Assembly (NCBI GenBank): GCA_937927335.1
Contig: CALBDU010000043.1
Location: 75,326 to 99,325 of the forward strand
Length of the DNA: 24,000 nucleotides
DNA from: an uncultured Clostridium sp.
GTDB taxonomy: Bacteria; Bacillota; Clostridia; Clostridiales; Clostridiaceae
Direction: 5' to 3'
Shown here: piece after piece, positions 8,204-16,867 of the stretch
How positions within the stretch are numbered: the first letter of the stretch is position 1
Layout: every line of letters starts with the position of its first letter
Program-made: the position numbers and the translations under genes
Notes under the pieces: model-generated
The model's database searches: none
What the model was told of the DNA's origin: nothing
What the model saw: the letters and a program-made list of their open reading frames with translations, nothing else

Positions 8204-10105
8204 TTATTTATTAAATTCAATTATTGATTTAAAAAGATCCCCATCTATCTGGATAGTAAGGCGCCCTCCCTGCATTTCAACTATGCTTTTTGCAATTGCA
8301 AGGCCTAAGCCTGAACCCTCTGTACTTCTAGATTGATCTCCCCTTTTAAACCTTTCGAATATTTCATCCACATCAAAATTCAATTCAAATGCAGAAATAT
8401 TTTTCATAACAATATATACACTGCTTTCCTTTTCAATTACATCAATATAAACCCTGGTATTTTTCTGGGAGTACTTTAAAATGTTTCCAATGAGGTTTTC
8501 GAAAACTCTCCAGGTCTTTTTGCCATCTAAATCAATATAAACCTTATGATTAGGATAGTTAGCCTTAAACTCCAGGGAGGCTTCCCTTATTTTTTCATCA
8601 AATTCAGCCAATGACTGATTTAAAAGAGATATTACATCAAGAGTTTCAATATTTAGCTCAACAGAACCACTGGCTATTTTTGATGCTTCAAACAGATCCT
8701 CTATAATAACCTTCAGCCTTTGTGATTTTCTGTCCAATATACTTATGTATTCGCCCATTTCCGCCCTTGAAATATCCTCTTTTTTAAGGAGGTCTATATA
8801 ATTTATTATTGAGGTCAGTGGAGTTTTTAAATCATGAGACACATTTGTTATAAGCTCAGACTTCAGCCTTTCACTCTTCATTTCGCTTTCAAGGGAGTTT
8901 TTAAAGCTTTTACGCATATTGTTTATATTAACAGCAAGCTTGTTAAGATTTCCCCGACCTTTTTCATCTATGCTGTAATTTAAATCACCTGCAGTTATAG
9001 CTTCGGTACCTTGAATTATTTTATTCAAGTATCTTATTTTTCCTATAATGTACCTTGGCATAAATAAAATATACAACAAAATATATGCAGTTAAAACAAG
9101 TGGAAAATACCTCATGTTATTCTCAATTGATAATACAAAGCCACTAATACATGTACCAAATATAACTGTTAAAAAAATTACATATGCAGTTTTTGATCCA
9201 ATACTTTTTTTATCAAAGTCATCTGCAGCCTTTTTAATGAATCTGCTGGTAAAAGCTTTTTCCCATTCCTCCTGCAGCGACAGTTTGCTTTTAGGAAAGG
9301 TTGCAAAACTAGTTATTGCAAATGCCCCATAGAAGGAAGTTATAACTAGCTTCAGCAGCTGATCCAAGCCCATGGGCATATAGAAAAAAGACATGTTAAA
9401 TATATAAACAACCATAGCTGCTGTGTACAATAGAAATAAAACAACTCTTAAATCAAAGGATGCCTTCTTTTTATATGCTTCACCGAGACTGCAACACCTG
9501 ATGCCCCTTTTGGCTGGCAGTACCGCTGCCAGTAAAAACATTACAGCCGCCACAAAGCATATCCATGACTCCTTTATCACCCTCTGCCTTATGGACAGGT
9601 AATATTTATAGCCCTCTATTATTTCATTGTATCCCTGAGTATTTTTATCTATCACTATCCAGCCTTCAGAATTGGTATTTTTAAACCACAAATTTATCTC
9701 GGGATAAATAGTGTCTCCGATTATGTATGCAGGCAGCTTAAGAGAGTATAAGCCGCTTTCATTGATGTATCTGTTAATGTCTGTATTACCTTTAATGTTA
9801 GTATAAACAGCCCTGCCGCTGTTGAATATTATATAATATCTTAGTGCAGGCTTGCTTTCCAGATATTTTTTTATGACCCCATATTCCGTATCACTGCTGC
9901 GTATTTCAGTATTAAGCCTCACTGCATTCTTCATATATTCAGCAGCTTCACTTTTAAACTGCATGCTGTTGAAATAATAGTCCCGTCTGAAGTAGTTATG
10001 GTTTTTCATTATATCCACTGCAGATATCAATGTTCCGGCAAGAAAAACCGAAGCAGCTATGAAAAAAATAAAGCATAAGATTTTATTTTTCGATTTTATA
10101 TCCAA
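8204..10105 (-). CDS. membrane sensor histidine kinase (extracytoplasmic domain + multi-TM region + HAMP + HisKA + HATPase_c)
   Basis: H-box NVSHDLKTPLTSI, N-box FENLIGNILKYS, G-boxes GSGLGLAIAKSIVEMQGG. HAMP-like KIIQGTEAITAGDLNYSIDEKGRGNLNKLAVNINNM. Apparent TTG start at 10105 with AAGGTGGTG RBS 7 nt upstream. Overlaps the 3' end of the response regulator gene. Confidence 0.88.
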   Translation of the reverse strand: MDIKSKNKILCFIFFIAASVFLAGTLISAVDIMKNHNYFRRDYYFNSMQFKSEAAEYMKNAVRLNTEIRSSDTEYGVIKKYLESKPALRYYIIFNSGRAVYTNIKGNTDINRYINESGLYSLKLPAYIIGDTIYPEINLWFKNTNSEGWIVIDKNTQGYNEIIEGYKYYLSIRQRVIKESWICFVAAVMFLLAAVLPAKRGIRCCSLGEAYKKKASFDLRVVLFLLYTAAMVVYIFNMSFFYMPMGLDQLLKLVITSFYGAFAITSFATFPKSKLSLQEEWEKAFTSRFIKKAADDFDKKSIGSKTAYVIFLTVIFGTCISGFVLSIENNMRYFPLVLTAYILLYILFMPRYIIGKIRYLNKIIQGTEAITAGDLNYSIDEKGRGNLNKLAVNINNMRKSFKNSLESEMKSERLKSELITNVSHDLKTPLTSIINYIDLLKKEDISRAEMGEYISILDRKSQRLKVIIEDLFEASKIASGSVELNIETLDVISLLNQSLAEFDEKIREASLEFKANYPNHKVYIDLDGKKTWRVFENLIGNILKYSQKNTRVYIDVIEKESSVYIVMKNISAFELNFDVDEIFERFKRGDQSRSTEGSGLGLAIAKSIVEMQGGRLTIQIDGDLFKSIIEFNK

Positions 10106-10769
10106 TGCCCCACACCACCTTCAAGTATTTAGGATCCTTCGGATTTATCTCAATTTTTTCCCTTATCCTTCTAATATGCACAGCAACAGTATTCTCAGAG
10201 TTGAAATAAGGTTCATTCCAAGCCCTTTCATATATTTGTTCTATGGAAAAAACTGTTCCTGGATTGTCCATGAGAAGCTCCAAAATCTTGTACTCTATAG
10301 ATGTAAGCTTAACTAAAGTACCCTCCACAGTAACCTGTTTGGTTTTTTTATTCAACACAAGGTCTCTTACATTAATTTCATCCTCGCTTTTGTATGTTCC
10401 AAGGTCCACATATCTTCTCAATTGAGATTTAACTCTTGCCGTAAGCTCCATGGGATTAAAGGGTTTTGTTATGTAATCATCCGCTCCGATATTCAAGCCT
10501 GCGATTTTATCTGAATCCTCAGATTTAGCCGAGAGCATAATAATCGGGATATTTTTATGTTCCCTTATTTTAAGAGTGGCATCGAAACCATCCATATTAG
10601 GCATCATTATATCCATTAGAATGAGGTGGATATCATTGGTTTCCAGAATGTTCAGGCATTCCAAGCCATCTCCAGCCTTAAATACAATCATTTCTTCATT
10701 TTTTAAATATATTTCAATGGCATTTCTTATAGCCTCATCGTCATCCACAACTAATATATTGTACTGCAA
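10083..10769 (-). CDS. OmpR/PhoB-family DNA-binding response regulator
   Basis: Receiver domain (ILVVDDDE, LILMDIMMPNMDG, ITKPF). Winged-helix effector domain (LTSIEYKILELLMDNPG, VAVHIRRIREKIE, LKVVWGIGYK). The start codon appears to be TTG. Confidence 0.9.
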   Translation of the reverse strand: MQYNILVVDDDEAIRNAIEIYLKNEEMIVFKAGDGLECLNILETNDIHLILMDIMMPNMDGFDATLKIREHKNIPIIMLSAKSEDSDKIAGLNIGADDYITKPFNPMELTARVKSQLRRYVDLGTYKSEDEINVRDLVLNKKTKQVTVEGTLVKLTSIEYKILELLMDNPGTVFSIEQIYERAWNEPYFNSENTVAVHIRRIREKIEINPKDPKYLKVVWGIGYKIEK

Positions 10770-10851
10770 ACTTATCCCCGCCTTTCACATAAAATTATAT
10801 CATGACACAATAACAAGTACTATTTTTAAATAATTAAAATTTTATTAAATG

Positions 10852-10877
10852 AAAAACGCTATACAAAAGTACAGCGC
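10852..10877 (-). terminator. rho-independent terminator downstream of the HD-domain gene
   Basis: On the - strand: GCGCTGTAC-tttt-GTATAGCG(T), followed by TTTTT. It lies immediately after the stop at 10884. Confidence 0.6.
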
Positions 10878-10883
10878 ATATTT

Positions 10884-11456
10884 TTATAAATCTCCCCTCA
10901 AGCCTATTTCTTCTGCCACGTTCTGCATTCCTTTTATTGTTTCCGCTATTACCTCTTCCATGGAGACTCCCAGTTTTTCCGCTCCTCCTTCAATTACTTC
11001 CCTGTTTACGCCGGCAGCGAAGCTTTTCTGTTTCCATTTCTTCTTAACGGACTTAACCTCCATATCCAATATGCTTTTTGTGGGCCTCATCAATGCAGTG
11101 GCTGTAATAAGTCCTGTTAGCTCATCTATAGTGAACAACACCAGCTCCATTTTTTCTTTTGGTTCCACATCAATACATATTCCATAACCATGGCATTGTA
11201 CTCCGTGTATGTAATCCTCAGGATATCCTGCTTCCCGTAAAAGCTCCCCCGCTTTTACACAATGCTCTTCAGGATACATTTCATAGTCGATATCATGGAT
11301 TAATCCGATAACTCCCCATTTATCAACATCTTCATTGTACAGATCTGCAAAATGCCTCATAACTGCTTCCACAGAAAGCGCATGCTTGATAAGGCTGTCG
11401 CTTTTGTTATATTTTTTTAAAAGCTCCAGTGCATCCTGTCTTGTAACTTGTGCCAT
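10884..11456 (-). CDS. HD-domain (HDIG-like) metal-dependent phosphohydrolase
   Basis: HD motif in GVIGLIHDIDYE, plus upstream His (IKHALSVEAVMRHF) and downstream His residues (GVQCHGYG). Preferred start is the ATG ending at 11456 (MAQVTRQD..), with GGAAAGAGGG RBS 8 nt upstream. The track start at 11492 has no RBS. Confidence 0.75.
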   Translation of the reverse strand: MAQVTRQDALELLKKYNKSDSLIKHALSVEAVMRHFADLYNEDVDKWGVIGLIHDIDYEMYPEEHCVKAGELLREAGYPEDYIHGVQCHGYGICIDVEPKEKMELVLFTIDELTGLITATALMRPTKSILDMEVKSVKKKWKQKSFAAGVNREVIEGGAEKLGVSMEEVIAETIKGMQNVAEEIGLRGDL

Positions 11457-11596
11457 AATATATTCCCTCTTTCCTTTGTAAAAGATTTGCATTTATATAA
11501 TATTATACACCTCCAAACTCTAGATTCAATTAAATATTTATTTTGAAAAATGAAAGCGTATACAATTAATTTTTTAAAAAAGTTTTAAAAAAAGTG

Positions 11597-11625
11597 TTGA
11601 CATTGCAAAAAATACATGATAAATT
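11597..11625 (+). promoter_or_regulatory. sigma-A-type promoter for the ilvC leader
   Basis: TTGACA (11597-11602), 17-nt spacer, TAAATT (11620-11625), with TG two nt upstream of the -10. Lies just 5' of T-box leader 1. Confidence 0.6.
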
Positions 11626-11644
11626 GATTAAAATAATAAATGCA

Positions 11645-11850
11645 TTGACGAGGAAGAGTAAGAAGGTCAGAACTTTTAAAGAGAGTGGGGTTAGGTGAAA
11701 GCCCACAAAGGGATAAATTCTGAAAATCACCTCCGAGCAGCAGGCTGAATTAATAGTAAGCCACGCCGGCAAAGCCGTTAAAATTTTAAGTTATAAAATG
11801 GGTGGTACCGCGAGCAGACTTCGCCCCAATGGGATCAAGTCTGTTTTTTT
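11645..11850 (+). promoter_or_regulatory. T-box riboswitch leader, predicted isoleucine specifier (AUC), upstream of ilvC
   Basis: Stem I elements: GAGGAAGAGTA, AGAGAG box (11680-11685), distal loop GGTGAAAG. Specifier loop GAAA-AUC-A (codon 11726-11728), closed by GAGG/CCTC. T-box sequence AATGGGTGGTACCGCG (11797-11812). Terminator CAGACTT..AAGTCTG followed by T7 (11844-11850). Confidence 0.9.
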
Positions 11851-11936
11851 ATACGCTTTTTTAGTAAAATCACCCAATCAGTTGCATGTAATCACTAGTG
11901 AAAATTTAATATGCAGAATATTTTGAAATCAAATAG

Positions 11937-12959
<1,023 letters not shown>

Positions 12960-12965
12960 AATTCA

Positions 12966-13198
12966 GTGATGGAAAAGTAAAAGTTTATCCCCTGGGCAAA
13001 GAGAACCGGGTATGGTGAAAACCGGTGTCAGGCAGACTTCGAAAATCATTCCGGAGAATATGGGCTGAAATAACGTAAGCTCATGAGGGTACACCCTTTA
13101 TAGTGCAATGAGGTCATTTTATAAATGATGAATTTGGGTGGTACCACGGAAGTTAGCCTTTCGTCCCTGTTTTATACAAGGATGAAAGGCTTATTTTT
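12966..13198 (+). promoter_or_regulatory. T-box riboswitch leader, predicted isoleucine specifier (AUC), between ilvC and ilvE
   Basis: GATGGAAAAGTA, AAGAGA box, distal loop GGTGAAAA. Specifier loop GAAA-AUC-A (codon 13045-13047). T-box sequence AATTTGGGTGGTACCACGG (13131-13149). Terminator AGCCTTTCGTCC..GGATGAAAGGCT followed by TTATTTTT. I found no obvious promoter or terminator between the ilvC stop and this element. Confidence 0.88.
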
Positions 13199-13216
13199 AT
13201 ATATAGGAGGGTCAAA

Positions 13217-14137
13217 ATGGAAAAATCATACGTTTTTTATCAGGGTAAAATTGTAGAGGAAAGTGAAGTCAGCATCAGTGTCAGGTGTAAAGCCTTCAAT
13301 TACGGTCTGGCAGTGTTTGAAGGAATAAGAGCTTACTGGGATAGTGAGCAGGAAGAGTTGTTTGTATTCAGGATGAAGGAGCATTATGAAAGACTTCTTC
13401 AATCCTGTAAAACCACATATATTAACATTCCTTATACAGCACAGGAGTTATGTGACTTTACAGTAGAGCTGCTTAAGAAAAATAACTACAGGGGTACGAC
13501 ATATATAAGACCGGTAGCTTTTAAAGGCTCAGATTCCATATCCCCTACCCTATTGGATGACGATAACAGGGTAGTGATTTACTGTCAGCCTTTAGGAAGC
13601 TATGCAGGAAAAGACGAACTCAGAGTTGCAGTTAGCTCCTGGACCAGATTGGAGGACAATATGCTTCCTCCAAGGACAAAAGCTAGTGCAGCTTATATGA
13701 ACTCGGGACTGGCATCTCTGGAAGTGGTCCAAAACGGTTTTGATGAAGCAGTATTTTTAACAAAGGACGGCCATGTATGTGAAGGACCAGGAGAAAATAT
13801 CTTCCTGGTTAAAAACGGAAAACTTGTAACTCCAGCTGTTTCGGAAAATATACTTGAAGGAATAACAAGAAATACTGTAATTATGCTTGCAAAAGAAGAG
13901 CTTGGTATGGAAGTTGAAGAAAGAAAGGTATCCAGAACAGAATTGTATTCTGCAGATGAAGTATTTTTCAGCGGCACTGCCATGGAAGTTACAGCAGTTG
14001 TAGAGGTTGACAGGCGTAAAGTTGGCACCGGACACGGAGGAGATACTTGCAAAAAAATCAAAGATTTATTCTTTGGGTTAACTACAGGTAAAAAAGAAAA
14101 ATATGCACATTTCTGTACACCAGTTTATAAAAAATAA
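13217..14137 (+). CDS. ilvE: branched-chain amino acid aminotransferase (fold-type IV)
   Basis: FNYGLAVFEGIRAY, YIRPVAF, PRTKASAAYMNS, EGPGENIFLVKNGKLVTP, ILEGITR and EVFFSGTAMEVT are typical IlvE motifs. AGGAGGG RBS upstream. Confidence 0.93.
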   Translation: MEKSYVFYQGKIVEESEVSISVRCKAFNYGLAVFEGIRAYWDSEQEELFVFRMKEHYERLLQSCKTTYINIPYTAQELCDFTVELLKKNNYRGTTYIRPVAFKGSDSISPTLLDDDNRVVIYCQPLGSYAGKDELRVAVSSWTRLEDNMLPPRTKASAAYMNSGLASLEVVQNGFDEAVFLTKDGHVCEGPGENIFLVKNGKLVTPAVSENILEGITRNTVIMLAKEELGMEVEERKVSRTELYSADEVFFSGTAMEVTAVVEVDRRKVGTGHGGDTCKKIKDLFFGLTTGKKEKYAHFCTPVYKK

Positions 14138-14158
14138 TAATTAGGAGGTATATCAATC

Positions 14159-14302
14159 ATGACAGATAAGAATAGGAATTTCAAAGAAGAAAAAAACGAA
14201 TCAAAGGTATATGCTGGAGGAAGAGACTACTACCAGTACTTGAAAAATCTCAAAAATGATAAAGACAACAATGAGTACTCAGCAACATTTATGATGTTTT
14301 AA
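14159..14302 (+). CDS. small ORF A (47 aa), hypothetical peptide; paralog of small ORF B
   Basis: Not in the supplied track because it is under 60 aa. AGGAGG (14143-14148) lies ~10 nt before the ATG, 21 nt after the ilvE stop. Translation: MTDKNRNFKEEKNESKVYAGGRDYYQYLKNLKNDKDNNEYSATFMMF. Shares VxAGGxxYYQxL and an identical EYSATFMMF* end with ORF B. Differences between the copies are mostly synonymous or conservative. Confidence 0.65.
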   Translation: MTDKNRNFKEEKNESKVYAGGRDYYQYLKNLKNDKDNNEYSATFMMF

Positions 14303-14323
14303 GTTAATTTTTTTAAAAAACCA

Positions 14324-14352
14324 TTGACATAATGTTTAAAATGTTGTAAATT
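14324..14352 (+). promoter_or_regulatory. sigma-A-type promoter for the tandem Leu T-box leader / leu operon
   Basis: TTGACA (14324-14329), 17-nt spacer, TAAATT (14347-14352). Same hexamers as the ilvC promoter. Confidence 0.6.
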
Positions 14353-14374
14353 ATTAAACAATATATAAAAACTA

Positions 14375-14580
14375 TGACAGGGATAAGTAAATACGGTAAA
14401 TGTTTTAAAGAGACCGGTGTATGGTGGAAGCCCGGAAACAAACCTATTGAAACTCACCCTCAAGTTGCAGGCTGAATTTAGTAAGCTGTGCCGGCAAATG
14501 CCGTTATTTAATGAAGTGATAAATTTGGGTGGTACCGCGGACATATTTCTCGCCCCATGAGAAATATGTCCATTTTATTT
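14375..14580 (+). promoter_or_regulatory. T-box riboswitch leader, predicted leucine specifier (CUC), first of a tandem pair
   Basis: GACAGGGATAAGTA, AAGAGA box, distal loop GGTGGAAG. Specifier loop GAAA-CUC-A (codon 14453-14455), closed by AGGG/CCCT. T-box sequence AAATTTGGGTGGTACCGCGG (14521-14540). Perfect 13-bp terminator GGACATATTTCTC..GAGAAATATGTCC followed by ATTTTATTT. Confidence 0.9.
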
Positions 14581-14609
14581 ACCCAAAAACTAAATAGAAA
14601 TTAAAAGCT

Positions 14610-14813
14610 AAGATAGGATTAAGTAGGTATGATAAATATTTCAAAGAGAGTGGGAGCTGGTGGAAGCCCATAAATATTCATATTGAAACTCCCCCTGGAG
14701 CTGCAGGCTGAATTTAGTAAGCTGCGCCGGTAAATGCCGTTATTTGATAAAGTGATAAATTTGGGTGGTACCGCGACAGACTTCTCGCCCCATGAGAAGG
14801 ACTGTCTTTTTTT
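14610..14813 (+). promoter_or_regulatory. T-box riboswitch leader, predicted leucine specifier (CUC), second of a tandem pair
   Basis: GATAGGATTAAGTA, AAGAGAG box, distal loop GGTGGAAG. Specifier loop GAAA-CUC-C (codon 14689-14691). T-box sequence AAATTTGGGTGGTACCGCG (14757-14775). Terminator GACAGACTTCTC..GAGAAGGACTGTC followed by T7. The 3' half is near-identical to the preceding T-box. Confidence 0.85.
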
Positions 14814-14885
14814 ATATCAAAAATTATTTTTCATCTGGCCAGTGAAAAATGAAAATAAAAATTAATTTTTAAGGAGGAAAATGAT

Positions 14886-15062
14886 ATGACAAGATATTCA
14901 AACATGATAGAAACATCAAATTCAAGAAACTTGGGAGAAAACAACAGAACCAGCACTTCTGTATTTGCTGGAGGAAAAGAATATTATCAACATTTAAGAG
15001 ACATGAAAAGTGAAAATTCCTGCGAGAGCTGTGAATATTCAGCAACATTCATGATGTTTTAA
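14886..15062 (+). CDS. small ORF B (58 aa), hypothetical peptide; paralog of small ORF A; first cistron of the leuCDB transcript
   Basis: Not in the supplied track. AGGAGG (14872-14877) lies 8 nt before the ATG. Translation: MTRYSNMIETSNSRNLGENNRTSTSVFAGGKEYYQHLRDMKSENSCESCEYSATFMMF. The stop is 42 nt before the leuC start. See ORF A for the conservation pattern. Confidence 0.65.
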   Translation: MTRYSNMIETSNSRNLGENNRTSTSVFAGGKEYYQHLRDMKSENSCESCEYSATFMMF

Positions 15063-15104
15063 TTCAAACAGCCTTAAGCAGGCAAAACTTAGGAGGAACA
15101 CAAT

Positions 15105-16370
15105 ATGGGAATGACAATGACGCAAAAGATACTGGCAGACCATTCAGGACTGGCTAGCGTTAAACCAGGACAATTAATTAAGGCAAAGCTTGATCTTGTA
15201 TTAGGGAATGACATAACCACACCGGTTGCTATAAAGGAATTTGAAAAAATAGGCTCCAGTCAGGTTTTTCATGAAGAAAAGATAGCAATTGTACCTGATC
15301 ATTTTACCCCAAACAAGGATATTAAATCAGCTGAGCAGTGCAAATGCTGCAGGGATTTTGCACATAAAATGAATATTAAAAATTACTTCGAGATTGGTGA
15401 AATGGGCATCGAGCATGCCTTAATCCCTGAAAAAGGTCTGGCTGTTGCTGGAGATGTGATTATTGGCGCTGATTCTCATACCTGTACCTATGGAGCCTTA
15501 GGTGCCTTCTCCACTGGTGTTGGAAGTACTGATATGGGAGCAGGTATGGCTACCGGGGAAGCCTGGTTTAAGGTACCGGAAGCCATTAAGTTTGAAATTA
15601 CAGGAAAACTTGCTCCCTGGGTAAGCGGAAAGGATGTAATTCTCCATATAATCGGAAAAATAGGGGTGGATGGGGCCTTGTACAAATCCATGGAATTTAC
15701 TGGGCCAGGTCTTAAGAATCTTACCATGGATGACAGGTTCACTATGGCAAATATGGCAATTGAAGCAGGTGCGAAAAATGGAATTTTCGATGTGGATGAT
15801 AAAACTGAAGAATATATGAAGGAACATTCAAAAAGAGAATACAAAATATATAATGCCGATGTGGATGCTGTATATTCGGAAACATTAATAATAAACCTTT
15901 CAGATATAAGGCCTACAGTAGCCTTTCCTCACATACCTGATAATACAAAAACCATAGATGAGGCAGGAGATATAAAAATTGACCAGGTAGTAATCGGCTC
16001 TTGCACAAATGGTAGAATTGACGATTTAAGGGCAGCTGCCAGGGTACTTAAGGGTAAGAAAATAAACAAAAACGTGAGAGCTATTATTTTTCCAGCCACC
16101 CAGGCAATATATCTTCAAGCTGTGAGAGAAGGATTAATTGAAACATTTATTGAAGCAGGAGCTGTTGTAAGCACACCAACCTGCGGTCCCTGCCTTGGAG
16201 GGCATATGGGTGTGCTGGCTGCCGGTGAAAGAGCTGTGGCCACCACAAACAGAAATTTTGTAGGAAGAATGGGACATCCTGAAAGCGAAGTATATCTGGC
16301 AAGTCCAGCAGTAGCAGCCGCCTCTGCCGTAACAGGAAAAATCTCGTCTCCAGAGGAGGTAGTATTTTGA
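15105..16370 (+). CDS. leuC: 3-isopropylmalate dehydratase large subunit (aconitase-family, short LeuC/HacA type)
   Basis: MTQKIL.., [33 protein letters not shown] and [10 protein letters not shown] supply the Fe-S cluster cysteines; then [20 protein letters not shown] 8 nt upstream of ATG 15105. Confidence 0.93.
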   Translation: MGMTMTQKILADHSGLASVKPGQLIKAKLDLVLGNDITTPVAIKEFEKIGSSQVFHEEKIAIVPDHFTPNKDIKSAEQCKCCRDFAHKMNIKNYFEIGEMGIEHALIPEKGLAVAGDVIIGADSHTCTYGALGAFSTGVGSTDMGAGMATGEAWFKVPEAIKFEITGKLAPWVSGKDVILHIIGKIGVDGALYKSMEFTGPGLKNLTMDDRFTMANMAIEAGAKNGIFDVDDKTEEYMKEHSKREYKIYNADVDAVYSETLIINLSDIRPTVAFPHIPDNTKTIDEAGDIKIDQVVIGSCTNGRIDDLRAAARVLKGKKINKNVRAIIFPATQAIYLQAVREGLIETFIEAGAVVSTPTCGPCLGGHMGVLAAGERAVATTNRNFVGRMGHPESEVYLASPAVAAASAVTGKISSPEEVVF

Positions 16371-16867
16371 TTAAGGGTAATGTAATTAAATATGGTGATA
16401 ATATTGATACTGATGTTATCATACCGGCAAGATATTTAAACACCAGCATTCCGGCAGAGCTTGCAGCTCATTGCATGGAGGATCTGGATAAGGATTTTTT
16501 TAATAAGGTTAAATCCGCCAGCATTATTGCAGCTGGAAAAAACTTCGGCTGCGGCTCCTCCAGGGAGCATGCCCCCATATCAATAAAATCTTCCGGAATA
16601 AGCTGTGTACTGGCAGAAAGCTTTGCAAGAATTTTCTATAGAAATGCAATCAATATAGGTCTGCCAATAATTGAATGTGCAGAAGCCGCCAGGGATGCAG
16701 AAAATGGTGACGAAATATCCATAGATGTCAGTACCGGCAAAATCGAAAATATTACAAAAGGTACACGCTACAAAACTGAAGTATTTCCTGAATTCATGGA
16801 AAAAATTATGGAGGCTGAGGGTCTTATCAACTACATTAAACAAACCAAAAAGGAGACATTATTATGA
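16367..16867 (+). CDS. leuD: 3-isopropylmalate dehydratase small subunit
   Basis: [15 protein letters not shown] and [14 protein letters not shown] are aconitase swivel-domain motifs. TTG start overlaps the leuC stop (TTGA), with GAGGAGG 7 nt upstream. Confidence 0.92.
   Translation: MIKGNVIKYGDNIDTDVIIPARYLNTSIPAELAAHCMEDLDKDFFNKVKSASIIAAGKNFGCGSSREHAPISIKSSGISCVLAESFARIFYRNAINIGLPIIECAEAARDAENGDEISIDVSTGKIENITKGTRYKTEVFPEFMEKIMEAEGLINYIKQTKKETLL

Noticed and set aside
10849-11187. 112-aa + strand ORF antisense to the HD-domain gene
   Set aside because: The - strand frame carries the HD motif and has an RBS and a terminator. The + strand product is S/T/F-rich with no motifs.
11566-11772. 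68-aa - strand ORF in the ilvC upstream region
   Set aside because: It lies across the ilvC promoter and T-box leader 1, whose conserved RNA elements fully explain the sequence. It has no RBS.
13693-14061. Two overlapping - strand ORFs (122 and 92 aa) inside ilvE. The same pattern occurs inside leuC (15488-15844, 15498-15827), leuD, ilvC, the ger genes and the sigma-54 regulator
   Set aside because: All are antisense or out-of-frame shadows within genes that have clear family motifs. None has a convincing RBS or independent intergenic space.
14299-14544. 81-aa - strand ORF between small ORF A and the leu leader
   Set aside because: It overlaps the TTGACA/TAAATT promoter and T-box leader 3 on the opposite strand. 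It is a chance ORF in structured RNA-encoding DNA.
14826-14850. Imperfect AT-rich hairpin (ATTTTTCATCTGG/CCAGTGAAAAAT) between T-box 4 and small ORF B
   Set aside because: The stem is weak and bulged and is not followed by a T-run, so it is unlikely to be a terminator. No function can be supported.
14881-14889. ATG at 14881 just upstream of small ORF B
   Set aside because: It reads atg-ata-tga, a two-codon ORF. The AGGAGG spacing fits the ATG at 14886 better.
14159-15062. Reading the two small ORFs as leader peptides for ribosome-mediated attenuation, or as leuA remnants
   Set aside because: Each has only 3-4 Leu/Ile/Val codons and no run of regulatory codons, and T-boxes already provide the attenuation. 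Two copies conserved at the protein level with synonymous divergence do not behave like pseudogene fragments. I see no resemblance to LeuA.
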